64,000 bases of DNA from Bigelowiella natans CCMP2755. Lineage: Eukaryota; Protista; Cercozoa. Shown here in pieces: positions 11,643 through 25,631 of the stretch. The notes beneath the pieces were generated by a model. The model was not told the origin of the DNA. It saw only the letters and a list, made by a program, of their open reading frames with translations, and made no database searches. A program made the translations under genes and the position numbers. Within the stretch, counting starts at the first letter, position 1, and every line of letters begins with the position of its first letter. Where the stretch lies: assembly GCA_000320545.1 (NCBI GenBank), contig ADNK01001965.1, positions 83,898 through 147,897 on the forward strand. The letters run 5' to 3'.

Positions 11643-13723
11643 ATGGCCATGTTAACCATCCGCAAGCCCAGTCTTAGATATTTCTTGGTTAGAAAAAAGA
11701 CGAACTTGTCTTCTGCAGCCAGTCACGCGTTGAATTTCCTGGGACAGAGGCGAGAATGATAACAACACCCCACAACATTCGCGAGTCGGATGAAGTGATT
11801 CTAGTGAATCGCCCAGTGATTTTTGACGTCAGAATTGCCACCTATATGTACCAATTGCGACATAGAAATTATCATGTCGCTCGGTCTAAAAGGCGCTTGC
11901 AACTTCCAGGAATCGAAGGCGTCCAATGGAGAATTCTTGAACCCACCAACGAAGCCCGCCCCCCCTTTCATGCGAGTATTCGCGATTTCGGACATTCACG
12001 TTGATTTTAAGAAGAACGCAGACTTCCTGAAGAGGTTCGTGTTGTCACCTGTGAGCGTTCCGAAGCACACACCATTCACCGAGCTGCATCATTGCATAGG
12101 ATTGTGTCTCATGGGCAGCTTCACGGCGAGTACATCGAGGACGCACTAATCGTGGCTGGAGACGTGTCGCATGAGATAAAACATATATCTTGGGCCCTAG
12201 GGGAGTTTGCGTCTGTGTTCAAATATGTGTTCTACTGTGTTGGGTAATAGAGCTCGCCAGATCAATTAACTAGGGGGGGGGGGGCGAATCCGAATTCATC
12301 TTATCATTCCATGGGCAGAAATCACGAACTTTGGGTCACTACGGAAGAGAAGAAGAAGAATCTAAATAGTATGGTAATCATCGCGTGTTGTGGTGTGTGC
12401 GAAGAGAGCCAACTACCAAAAAGAAAACTAATATTGTTCTTGCCAGCACAAGTTCGAAGCCGTGATGAAAGCTGCAGAAAAGGTGCTCATGGTTTTTTGA
12501 AACAGCACTCATCATCAATCAACAAAGTCCCTTGCAACTTTTCAGGTTGGGGCTATAACATCAAGGAAGGATATCGTAACGAAGCACAACAACAATGTCT
12601 CGATCATTCCGCTGCAGTCTTGGTAGCATAAGCACATCATCAACACTTATACTCGGGTCCATTCCTACCTCGCCCAACTGGCAATAATCTCTTATATACT
12701 CAGGTATGATGGTAGCTTGTTCTTCGATGCGGGCCCGGAGCAGTATAAGTTGTTTTCACCACCATCTCATCAACTTTTCCACTCCACAATCGACCTGTTT
12801 CCTCATATTTTCCTTCGTTCGTCTATTTACTTAGTGCTTATGAGATCTGCACGGACACGCGCATGTGCGAATGGAGGAATCACTTCGAATCCTCCTCCTC
12901 TGTCTCCTCCTCCTCCTCCTCCTCCTCCTCCTCCTCCTCCTCATCATCATCATCATCATCATCGCGATCACCGAATACATCTCAACCCGAGGAGTTCAAA
13001 AATTGCAGCAGCAGCAGCAGTAACGAGGAAACCAACGCCGAGCGGGAAAAGGGGGCCGAAGAATTGGCGAAGAAGCTCTACCTGGATCGTGTGACAAATC
13101 ATTTCTTGAAGATGAATGAGAGGTGTATTGAACCTCGAACGGGAGGAGGAGGAGGAGGAGGAGTGGGTGGTGATGATCACGAGAGTGCCCATAGCAGCAT
13201 CACGAAGGTAGCAACCAGCACTTCTCCTTCATCGACGAAGGCTCAGCTCAAAGACGCAAAAAGAGGCGAGACAGTCGAGGAAGAGGTGGGGAGGGTCGGA
13301 GGCAATGATGGTGGCAAGCCTGGGGGATCGAGAAGTAAAGCTGGAGTAGCGCATACGACTGCAAAGCATCGAGACGAGCTGGATATTGCGGAATTAAAGA
13401 AGTACGCAGCTACTGAGAAACAGCCACTTGGCGACGAGTCTTTCAAAGATGATCGATCCGATAATGAACAGACCAAAGGAACGATAATAACGTTCTCTCA
13501 TTTCTTACCCAGGAAGGTTGTCATTCTACTCACAGCAGCGCGATTTTCAAGCAACAAGGAGAGTGATGAGGAGGGGGTGATGAGATGTTGATGGTGTTTA
13601 GTTACTGCCTACTTATCCGCCTTTCTCTCTCAATCGTTCATTTGACATCTTTCATTGCTAGGAGTTGATTCTGAATTTCGAGATTGCAAAGCTTGTCAGG
13701 AGAAACGTAATGATATTTGTGTG

Positions 13724-13787
<64 letters not shown>

Positions 13788-14415
13788 CTACAATGTGTTG
13801 AATTTATCACACATTGCAATCTCACGAATGAACAGCAATGCATGACACAGTGGGATGTTATAGCAACAACCAACATTGTTTACGCTATCCGACAAAAATC
13901 CACCAGCCGCGATATTATCCCCCTGCACGACTGAATTCTGTTTGGCTATGATCCAGACCACATGGAACTTTTCCAGGATAGCAGGATGTTCACGGCTCGA
14001 TGAGCAACTGCGCCGCGCGAAGTAAGTGATATACCTGGCGTGCATTCATTTCTCTTTTGTAAGTTGCAAGTCAGTTGAGTAGTCCGTGCCCGCGTAGCGC
14101 GAAACATGCGCGCATTGCATCTTGGGTATCTTTTGCATGTCGTGATTTCCACGCGCAGTCATCGTCAAAAACCCGTCAGGTCCCAGATACACGTGTATGG
14201 ACACAGCCATCGGAACGTCAATAAATGCATCGAAGGGGTACACTGACACACCGTCGTCGTGTTACTATTGATCATGCATTTCTAATCGGTCTCGATATAT
14301 GCGGCAGGTTTCCTACGTCGGAGCAATGATGGGCTACCCACGCGAACGACAGAACGGCACTTGCAGCTGCAGTGGATTGAAGCTTATATGGGATGAAGAA
14401 GCCAACCTGAGATGA
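11643..14415 (+). CDS. Calcineurin-like metallophosphoesterase, PptH (carrier-protein phosphodiesterase)-like subfamily; start uncertain
   Basis: Motifs in order: FAISDIH, LIVAGDV, VG|NHELW, IIPLQSW|YD, TFSHFLPR, AGCSRLDEQLR, HVYGHSH, GYPRER. Contains a large Ser/Gly-rich insertion. Confidence 0.85.
13726..13784. repeat. Compound (TA)n(TG)n microsatellite, intronic
   Basis: Directly visible. Confidence 0.95.
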
Positions 14416-15175
14416 GCGAGCATTCGAAGTTCGGATGGTTGGGTGATGGTCCTCCCTTGGCGATGATGGATTATACCAGTGCTACTAAATATGTAGCGGA
14501 AGTCTTAGAAGATGTTTGTTGCAGACCAATAAAGGTTTGGTACAGTGTACGCGAACGGTTATTAATGTATGGCGCACATTTAAATATCCTGTATTGTATG
14601 CGAGCTATCATCTAAAAATGAACAAGACTGCTCGTCAAGTTAACGCATGTATCGATCGCTCCATATGCGCATTATGAGACGGATTTAATGAATATGTTAA
14701 AAAATTTGAATCGTCATCCTAATGTAGCTGTGCAAATCTGCGGAATATGTATGTGCTTTTTCACATCGACTGCTGTTTGGAAGATGATGTACGTGAGCAA
14801 AATAAAGACCATAGACGCTCATTAGAGCTGAGTATTCATTTAAACGTAGTGCGTGATGATATCGTACATAGGATAATTAATTATCGTTTGCAGCCACACT
14901 AGCCCGGCCTGCATAACCGATGACACGCATAAGAACTGCTACACTGCGCCTTATGTTTTCAATATGGTGGTTTGCTTCAGCATTGCTATACGAGAATTAA
15001 AGGTGAATGTGAGTGTAGCACAACTGCATCATTAGGCGCACGCATTCACATCGCAGCTATAATTGCCGGACATTCTAGCGCCATGCACCCGTATGAACGT
15101 TGCTCCGTTGCACAGATAGCGGTCGCATCATTAATTATCGAGGATCGGGTGCGAACAACCATCCTTCTCGCTATT

Positions 15176-16475
15176 TCATTTTTGCAGAATCAAGTTATCT
15201 ATCAGTCTTGTTTTTCCGAGTTGCATAGCTCCTGAGAGCATAACCTGAGAATTGCGCAGAGGCATTACGCATCGATGGGGGAAACCTACGGCAATTGCTC
15301 CTACCGGTGCATCTTCAGCAAGAGTCTCTCCGTCCTGTTATACATCCGATTCGTCGTCATTGGAAGTAGCTGTAAGAGGTGACTGACATGTTGGCTGGTG
15401 AGTCGATGAGAAATACCTTGTATTGCTTTCCCGACTCCATGCAGCACAAATCCAAGTAGAGGAACTCCACCTGCAGGCACGGTACCGAATCTCACTAAAA
15501 CAGCAACAGCAACCAGAAATAACAGAATTCAACGTGCCGCGGGCACTTCCTGCACCTTCTCCTCTCGCTGAATCATGTCCTCGCCTGATCACGGTTAGAG
15601 TTCAGCAGTTTGGTGAGCATGCTGCTCCGTGCTGTGCATGAGTTGTCAAGATATCGAGGGGAAGAATGGTTCTTCGTACCCAGTAAGAGCAACCGTCCGG
15701 CGTCTCGTAGGCCATCACTAAAAGCCTAAAGTAGTCCATGAAGCTATGTTTTTTTTAATTTCTCAATTATCATCATCCTCATCGTCACCGTCATCGTTAA
15801 ATACATTGGGGGGGGCACAGCAACACCACCTTCTCCACGGCCTTGAGAGCTTTGTACAGCGTTGTGGCAAAAGGTCTTTGAGCAAAGGATGAGTGAGCAG
15901 GCGAGAGGAGAGAGTCGTGAGTCACAAAAAATGCTGATCTCTCTCCCTCGTTGGCGAATATGATTCATATCGTCAAATATATGCTACCTGTTTTCTGCGC
16001 TCAGATACAAATTCCGACTGCTCATAGCCAGCCCATCTAGCGCCCATTCGTAACAAGAGAAAGAACAAATCAACATGGGATGATGAAATCGGAACAGTTG
16101 TGAAGGCAGAGTGGAGCAATGTCGATGGTGGCGTCTCTCCAGCAATACGCGATTAGATCGAAGAACAAAATCCATCACCAGCGTTCTTGGCTTCATTTCT
16201 CATTATTGCATGCTGCCTACAATGCTCATTTTCGAGTTGTGAACGGTGGTGGGTTTGTGGGCCGACACCTTCTTCGCGCATAGTAGGGACGACATTCACC
16301 TCGGTGTTCATTAGAAGCTCCCTCACAATTCTAAACGTGTATGCAGCAGCAGCAGCAGCAGCAGCGGCGATAGCAGTGGAGGCAGCATCAGCCTAGTGAA
16401 ATAAGGAAAGATGATCTTCTTCCACCTTTTGATGACGATGCACTGCGCCCCGTCCTTTTGGCCGAAGTAGGCCTA

Positions 16476-16520
<45 letters not shown>

Positions 16521-16687
16521 ATCATCATTTACCTTCTTTCAGCGACGAGAAGCAGGGCTATGGATGATATTGGGACCGAAACAAATGTTTGTTCAAGCTA
16601 CAAGCTACAAGCACACATATATACTTGCGAAACACTAGGCGCGCCCACCACCACACACACTCAGAGAGAATACCATATTTAATATAA

Positions 16688-16727
<40 letters not shown>

Positions 16728-18043
16728 TGTGCGTGATTTCCGTGCACCATATCTAAGAAACCTTGTGGGGCTGCACTAAGTTGAACAGCTTCGTGACGAC
16801 CGTTGCTACCTACAAGTCAGCACAAGGGCACTTCGTTGTCAGGTAGAACAGTGGAAGAGGAGAGAAAAGTCGCAAGCAAACTACGAATCAAGCCGACCCA
16901 CCCCTCGAAAGTGTCCTGGCCTGCTTTGTCCCTCGCGCAGGGAGTTCTGACAAAGAATTGTAGAGCACGAGCGCACAGAAAATAACGCTTCTTCTTTTTG
17001 ACAAGTTTTTTTGAATGAACATGTTAGTAAATGTATTACCTCTAATTCATCTAAGCCAACAAACACTTTAGCGCCGTCCTCTGGATACCTGCATCGTGTG
17101 TGTGTGTGTGTGTCATACTCGAATGAAGAACGAACAACTTTGAACTACGAGTGAAGTTGCTGCGTGAAAGCATTGCTGCCTGCCGCAAAAACAGTCAAGC
17201 ACGTAATAAAACTTGGAGAGTACGAACATCTCGGCTATTGGCGGATGGAACACGGTCGTAAGCTGCAGTCAAAACGCAAAACGCAAAACAACGTTAAGAT
17301 TCACGTTCATTCCGGACAAAAAAGTAACTGTGGTGTCAGGGAAGAGAGGTTGTTTTTGGTGCTGGACCTTGGGCACAGAGCTGAGCTTCTTTATGTCTCC
17401 ATCAAGATCACGAGGATACCTACGACAGTAGGAAAGGTCCGCAGAGAATCTTATGGAAAAGTAACATTATTCATCTTTTCGTCCTTCATCCTTTTCGACG
17501 CTGCCATGGCTCTGCCAATCGCATAATGAGCAGACGCGGTGGTGGTGCAGCATAGTGACAGGACGAGGTGGTCAATCACATTCTATTACTGGTCCAGATC
17601 CTCTCCTTCAGCGAATTGAGTCGGGTTCACGAAGATTGAGGTGATAACCTGAGGAAGTGGAGCTTAAGGAAAAGCGTAAGCCTCCCCCCGAGTCAAAGAT
17701 ACCTCATCGCAAGCTTTGCTAGCTTCCTGCACGAGGGAGATATGGCCGGCATGGAGTGCACCCATCGTGGGAACGAAGCCAACTATCTTTCCTTCCATCT
17801 CTACAAGAATACCCCTCTTAGTATTAGCACACTACACGTCGCATTTCTGTGGATCCGAGATTCCCCCCCCCCCCCCATCCCCTGCCCTTTCCTCGCACCC
17901 ATTCTGTGACGTGCCGCCCGCAGTTGCTCAACACCATCAATGATCTCGACGCCATAGGGGAATTGAGTGGAGCATCCGCGTCGTCGCTGCAAGAAGGCCG
18001 GAAGTCGGGGGAGGAGGCTCAGGGGCCGGCATCGGAGAAGCAT
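15176..18043 (-). CDS. panC: Pantoate-beta-alanine ligase (pantothenate synthetase) with organellar-type leader
   Basis: Motifs [89 protein letters not shown]. Arg/Leu-rich N-terminus. Confidence 0.95.
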
Positions 18044-18673
18044 ACAAGCGTCTGGCGAGAAATGTAGGCGGTTTTGTCATCTGCGACAATAGGTTTTCTT
18101 CTACGAGATAAGAACCCTATTTTCCTCTACAACGGCCATTTTCCCGTCTGCGACAAGGCAGCGTGCGTACGCTTCATCCGACTGCGACAATTGAATGCGC
18201 ACTCGTGCACATGCTTCTTTCGACTTGTTCAACCTTTGAAAACACTTCATTCGTGCGCAGATCAGTGGGAAACATCTGTGACTGTGACAATGTACATGCC
18301 AAGGCGATGCAGTGGCAGTGTGGCGATTGTGAAAATGAAACAAAATGATCTGATGTGAAATGAGAAAAGGTGCCGCACAACGTGCAAACGCATGATGAGT
18401 GTCCGACCTTGGCATTGCGCGCTGCAATGTTCGGATGCAACGATTTTTCCAATGAAATGACGATCAAGTGCATGACCATGTCAATGAACACATCTGGTTT
18501 TGTCGGCGCAAATTACGGGGTGGGCACACAATGTGGCGCCCATGCTAGCATGCATGAACAGGCATCACAGCACACATGTGGTTTCTAGGTTGCATGATTG
18601 CTGTGGATGTCGAGGGAGAAATCCACTCTTTGGCTTTAGAGTCAAATTTACCCTCATGTAGGTGACACTATGC

Positions 18674-19032
18674 TTAATATTCATCACAGATTTCTGCATC
18701 TCTTTCTGAATCAAGAAGTGATTTGATATCTCCTTTGTCGCTTTGTGTTATGACAATAGTTTTCTTCGTAGGTGAGTCGACGCAGCAGTTGTATACTTGG
18801 AAAACGATTCCCATCGTCACGTTAATAGACCAGAGGGCGATGAGAAAAATTTGAAGGGCCTTGAGCATCAAAGGCTGAACACGATTCGTAACGTCATCTT
18901 TAGAAGGCAATTTTTGAAATACTCCATCGAAACAATGAGTTTTGTTTTACGATACACATGTAGAACACTTTGGCTGAGCATACACCATCGTAGGTGAAAT
19001 TCGCATGTGCTTAATTTGACGTATAATGGTCT

Positions 19033-19129
<97 letters not shown>

Positions 19130-20305
19130 TGTGTGTGTTGCTTATTTTTCAATTAGTCTCAGATGCACATGTTCCTGCATTTTCAAGGTCTAATGTCGCA
19201 GATTTGCGTAAGTACATCGCACTCCGAGCCGGCTTCCTTTTCCGCGAACACATATACTGTGCCTACAAGTTATGGCGTGATTCTTCAATCTGTCATCGAT
19301 CCCTTCTGACGCTGATGATAGAATGAAATGATAAAAGCTTTTGGTTTACTGTACATGAGAGCTCTGCACAAAACGAAAGTACGCAGAGAATGGTGAACAC
19401 CCAGCACCTGATGAATACATGAGTCATCGGTCCCGTAGATTAATGAAGTGATATTATGATCTGATGAAGTACATGGTTGGCCCATTGTAGAAAGAGAAAC
19501 CTAGCATGGCAAAGGCCTAAGGACATGTCAAAACCACTCTATTAACCCTTCAGGGGTGACATAATATACAACGTTTCTTTATTAAATACCTCCGCCAGCA
19601 ATAAAGCAGCAGTGAGTAGACATATCTTTGTCAAATCTTCTCCACATTTACTCGCCTGATTGCATCAGAAATTTTATTTCCTTTACGTTATGAATGGACT
19701 TTTCTTCCCACAATCACTTGAGTACTTTGTAACCGAAGGTGAGAAATGCCGTTGAGAATAGCATACTGGACGCGACTGTAGGAAAATTCAAATGTAACAT
19801 GATATAATATAACTCTATGGGAGTGAAACTATTTACCTTCGTAGGCAGCAAAAGAGTCGCTTCCATACCAATGCTTCATTGGTGTACTTATGTTGCAGGA
19901 GCTCTTATTTGCTCCACTTCCACCCTATAATTAAGAAGTCTTAGAACTGGAATTATGTCAACGTCCAGGCACTCACATGGACATTTCCGCTGATGAAGCC
20001 AACTTTTCCCTCTATGTCTTCTTCTCGATGCATATCTGCTCAAAATTTTTTGGAGATTAGCAAAGATAAGAGATGTGATTAATTTCAATCCTTACCAAAA
20101 GAGCCCCCTGGTTCCACAATATGGGTTGAAATTTGCACTTGGAGAACCAGATGGAGCTACCGGCAACGGGAGGACAACAACAGAGACCAAGGCGGAACAA
20201 AGCAGTCAGCTAATTCAAATTTCAAATGTTCACATAATCCAAAATCATTGCCGAGATAGGTTGACGACAGGGAGTACTCACCGAGAGAAATTTCACGAAG
20301 AACAT
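18674..20305 (-). CDS. Hypothetical multi-pass membrane protein (about 4 TM), multi-exon
   Basis: GT-AG splicing gives a continuous frame: MFFVKFLS|LHLVLQVQ...|VASSMLFSTAFLTFGYK|ASKCGEDLTKICLLTAALLLAE|...CWVFTILCVLSFCAELS|...PLMLKALQIFLIALWSINVTMGIVFQVY. No family recognised. Confidence 0.5.
19030..19138. repeat. Compound (CT)n(GT)n microsatellite, intronic
   Basis: Directly visible. Confidence 0.95.
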
Positions 20306-21188
20306 TCCCAGACCCCATTTCAGAAGTTACGACAATGTCAAATCCCATGTCTCTAACCGAAAACTAATGTCAATAGTTCTACAGCAGCCGGGTTCTTTGA
20401 AAGACATTTCGGAGAATTTGATTTGTCCGCTGAAGGGTGTTTTTCAGTAAAATCTGGGAACGAAACTATGTCTCATGCCTAAATTTCCGCAAATAAAGGG
20501 AACTGTCTGACGCCGTGGAAGCTGTGATATATGTAAGAGGCTGGGTTTGAATATGATTATTTCGGGAAATTATTAACATACGATTCTATTATGACGACTT
20601 GATGAATGTCAATCTTTTTTTAAAAATATAACTTGATTTTTAAAATTCAGAAAAGAAGTCGAGAAAACATAAGTGGAATACTTTCTCAGATCTACATTGA
20701 CACCGTTAGAATGTGTACATAAACTGAATGCCGTCTGTTTTATCCTAAAAGTAGAATTATCCTCCAGTTTTCTTCTCTTTCTTGTTGTGTTTCCAGAAAG
20801 ATGTGAATCTTCTTAGCGCGAAACAGTAGCGCGAACTCCGTTCCCGAATTGTGTGTCCTGACATCCGACTGGGAAGACTGTGCAAGGAAAAGAGCGCTTA
20901 TTTATTCTTACAAACGAATTACCGAATGTCGCAGAGTATAAATGCAATACGTTTTTACCTTTTTTGGGCGCCGCCCATCCCCCCTAAAACCAAACGAAAA
21001 CCGAAGAAGAAAATGAGGTCTGTTTCCCTTCCTTCTTTCGATGCTGGATCAATACGAGTAGGGGATGGCAGGAGAGGGGTGGATGCTCGAAGGATTTTGA
21101 CCTCGCATGCAAGAAATTGTCGATGAATCGCTGTGTACTATGAAGTGACAAGTGTTTGTGTTACACAACAGAATTAGAAGTCGTAACA

Positions 21189-22130
21189 ATGCCGTTCTCT
21201 CCAACAAATATGTCCAACTCAAATCCAACCAAGCCGCACTCTCCCTCCGGGGTGGAGCAAAACTCGAAGCAAGGGATCCTCAAGGGTCATCAGAAACCTG
21301 CGAAAGAGAAGAAGGTCCATTTTGGACCTGTAAAAATTAAGGTCGTGGAGGCCCTGAGATGGTACTACAACTGAGATTTCGTGACTATTGAATGAATTAT
21401 CATGTAAAAGGTTAGACTGATTTGTTAACGTTGCAGGGAAGCACTCCGAGGGAATATTCGGGAGCCATCCGGACCCGACCCCGATTACTGCACAATTGGC
21501 ATTTGTCGCCAACGTCGCCTCTCACAGCTTTTAGCCAAAATTCAAGCTAGATTTGTGTTACGGAGATGGAGAGACAAAGCAGCGGTTGCAACAGCTGTGA
21601 GCGGTCCAACACGAACTGGATCTGACACTGACACAACAGCGTGCACAACAGATTCGGAGATGCTGTCGTTTTGCACATTTATGCCTGAAGGATTTAACCT
21701 TGTGGATGTTGCTGACGACGACGAAGCCCCATGGGGCTTTGATGACGAAGAAGATAATGAAGAGCAGGAGGAAGAAGAAGATAATGAAGAAGAAGAGGGA
21801 GGAGAAGAAAGAGCAAGTGAAGCAAGGGAAAAGAGAGGTGACGGTTCGGCAGACTCTGAAATAGTAGATGAATGGGAGGGAGAAGGCGATACAACAGATG
21901 AAGGAGAAAATTCGTCGAATCTCTCGGATAATACTCTAGATTTTCATTCAGATAGAAAGTCCCCGCGATATTGCAGGATGAGTAATGATGGAAAATTGGA
22001 GAGAAACCATACTGAAAAGAAGATAATCAACGACCTGATTCGAATAAATACAAATAATAATGATGAAATGCAGACTTATACTACAGCTGAAGTGCTCAGT
22101 GGGACAGATGTTGCAGCTTTACAGGCATAA
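21189..22130 (+). CDS. Disordered acidic protein with GILK and RVxF (KVHF) motifs; putative PP1 regulatory subunit; 2 exons
   Basis: MPFSPTNM...QGILKGHQKPAKEKKVHFGPVKIKVVEALRW|EALRG... joins in frame to ORF 21555-22130, which has an E/D-rich tail. Confidence 0.6.
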
Positions 22131-23300
22131 CCTGCTTGTACCTTAGGAAAAATCAGCAATTAGAATGTAAATAAATTAACCGAGGTCAGCATACGCGACA
22201 TGATAACTACAGCGATATGAGAGCCATATTTTTTGATAAAATTGTAGTCCAAAGCAGTACAATTCGACATGACAATCTCTTGTCCATGTCATCTATAGCA
22301 CGCTAAATGCGAACATAATAATTAGGCCACAAGTAACATAAATGATTTAGTCGACATGCATAATATCTGCCGCTATAGTGTGTGTGTGTGTGTATGTGTA
22401 CAGGTGATGCATGATGCATACCTTGTCGCGGTGTTATGCTGAACTATGTCTCCATCTGATGACGACGGCTGCACACATGCTATTGACAAGCGAAATTTTG
22501 TGAACACGTGTTTACTCAAGATTATTAAATTCCACGAATCGAATAGCATCCAATGTCATGTAATATCATCTGCGCCTTCTTCTAGACCGAAACAAGATCG
22601 ACGACGCATGCGATTGCATGCATGAAAAACATCACAGCGGAGATCAACAGATTAACATTAGCACTGTAGCTACATAGCCGCTATATTGGTCACATATATA
22701 TACACAGCTACATTAGGATGACCATTGAACAAATTCAATTGGTTGATTACAGTCGTACATCCGTCTCATGTACGACATGAATATATATAAGGCAACAAAG
22801 CATGAATAAATATGTGTACTTGCGCTAGCTAGCTACAATAGCAACACAAGCGAGCACATATACATGCATGTAAGCTGTACACATACGATGTAACTGGCAC
22901 GGCGCATCTGAAAGCTAGATCGCATGCAAGGGCTGTAACATTGTATCTGCAGTCAGGGCGGGCTTGCATGCCTGTATGCCATGCTAGCATAGCATGTGGG
23001 CAAGCGATATATCTTGCGCGCGTTGGGCCGGTATAAAATAAAACATCTCTTTATGAAATCAGAGCTAATTCTTCGCTTGGGCCGCGCCATTATGACTGCA
23101 TGCTGCAAATAGAAATGTATGTAGTTCAAGTCTTAATAATTATTGCTATCAAGTAGTACTTATCTCTCATCATTTTTGCGTGGTTATTCACCTTAGCTTA
23201 TTCCTTCTTGCATCGCGGTACAAAATATTCGATTTATCCCTCTGTACATTCCAGCTATCTGCTGCACTCTTCTTGAACCCTTTTGCTAACAGCAGGTGAC

Positions 23301-24974
23301 CTACACTGACGCAGTCTGATGCGGTGCATCATCATCATCGAGATCATCTATGCGGAATACCACGTCGTTTTTCTTTTGTGGGTCGTCTTCGTGGAGCTCC
23401 TTCTTCTCCTCGTATACCTGGCCGCTGTGCTGGAGATTGGCATTCATTTTTGCAGTTGTTGCGGCTGTCGCGTTTTTGTTGTTATTCTTAATATCTGCCA
23501 TCCTATCCTCTGTGTTGTCTGATTTTCTCTCATCAGTGCGCCGTCGTCGCACAGCAGAAGTAGGTGGACTTGGGCGCGACGATGTAGGAACTAGAGACCA
23601 CGCCCCGGTATCAATGACAGACGTACACTTTGGACACTGGATGTGGCGATACGAGGCCTGAAATCTAGGTGAAGAATGGGGGAAGGGGGAGGAGATACGA
23701 TGCAAAGTGTTCATTTTGGTGGACGCTCATCAGCTCTTCACGAGATCTCCTCCGTTGCAACAAAAAAGCGACGATGACCAAGCGACAATGAAGATATTGA
23801 GAAAGTATGAAAAATACTAAGGGTTATGGTGTCTTTCTCTTACTTCAATTTGCAACCACAGGCAGGACACTGTCGCTGTATCGTGATGTTATTTTTCCCT
23901 CTGCACACCCCGCATACGAAAGTACGGGTGGATCTTGGTATCTAGAACACAACAGTAACAAAGAAAAACCAAGAGGACAATTTGATGAAAATAATCCCCG
24001 GATATACTCTTCAAAACGTTCGCACAACCACTGGTCATTACCAATCCCATCATCACCATCATCATCACCAGCAGCAGCAGCAGCAGCAGCAGCGGCACGC
24101 AGCATCATTCCACTACTCTATTGGAGGTGCGGCAGTGTCCGCAGCGAACTATCAGCGTGCTGTCCGATCCTGGCCCAGCCCAAGAGCGCCTTGACTGTCG
24201 CACATTCGGTCGTGGAGGCGGGCGTGATTTCTGATCTGAACGTAGATGTGGATTTGTTGCACTTCTTCCTCGGGACGGGTGGCCATTTCTCTGAGGAGGG
24301 CTTTGGGTGAGTAATGTAATGCACTGATCAAGATCGCCCTTGCATGCCACGACGACGGCCTGCACTGTGGGAATGTCCAGGAACCCCATCTCCACCAACA
24401 TCGACACGACTCTCTGGCAGCGAACACAACCAATTGTCAGTGTCTTCACATGGACGATGTCACAGCATCCACACTCATATCCGCAAGCAATAACCACCAG
24501 CGATGATAACTCACACCTACAATACCATTACATGAGTAGCACCTGATACTCCGCTATGTGCGAAGGAAGACCGGGCGGCGGTGGTGGTTTAGGAGGTGGG
24601 GTGGCAGTTGCTGTATTAATTGCGCGCCCTGAACCTCGTGGACGAGGGGCCGATTGAGGCAATTTACGGGTAGCATTGCGCCTCCGCGGTGATTCTATTG
24701 GGAGCTTATTCTTCAATCTCAAGAAGTCTCGCCATTGCTCAAGATCATACATACTTTGCTTTGTTGTGTCGACTGATCAAATAAATGAAAAGAACATTTC
24801 GGCAGTGTAAATGGGAGGGTTGCTGAAACTTCGTATATGGTCATAGCTGAGTATCACTACCATAAATTCGGGCCGCGTGCCAATCGCTCTGTTCATTTGG
24901 AAGTATATCATTCAGGCAATATAATCTCTCCCCCCCTCTCTCTCTCTCTTTCTCTTAGCAATGAGTATGTGTGC

Positions 24975-25015
<41 letters not shown>

Positions 25016-25631
25016 CATATGCATACGGCAATCCCCTTAATATCATGTTGTTTTTAAAGCCACGTGTTTTTGTGTGGATGTTTCAAGTTATTTTCTCAGA
25101 TTCATTGCATCGTTTATGGCAGAGACCTCAGTTTGAGGCATAGGCAGCAACTCTGAGGCAAGTTTAAGCCGAAACTTCTCCCTCTTCTTTATGTCTTCCT
25201 CTCCCAGCCATGTCGGTGTCTTCGGTGTTTTCGAAGAACCTTCATATTGGAGAGGGTTAGTACACTACAAGATGGTCTACTTGCCTATTGCATAATATCC
25301 TGTTCCATGATGAAAGAGGGATTATGATACCTAGTTTTGCCTTGCCATCGTCCGAGCTTAGTTGCGTTTGAATATCGACTCGAGACTTGGCCTTATTGTC
25401 TTGCTTTCGACCCGAGTCGAACGCCCCTTCGATTTCGACGTCCGCCTCCTGTATGGAATCTTCATCCTCCGTCATGAGCGTGCCCTGAATCATGTCTTCG
25501 GAATTGAAGTTTGTTAACTCTATCTCCTCTGTATCTGCACGGACCACAAGGGGGATTCCCTCATCGTCTTGGTCACTTTGGTCCCCTGGTAAGGTCGAGG
25601 AAGAGGCTCTGGGCAGCAAGGGCGTTGTCAT
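23301..25631 (-). CDS. UBA-domain protein with LSD1-type zinc fingers
   Basis: UBA-like segment VVSMLVEMGFLDIPTVQAVVVACKGDLDQCITLL. Spliced CGHCRTSNR|IPRSTRTFVCGVC (C-x2-C-x14-C-x2-C), then CPAC...CPKC. Confidence 0.7.
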
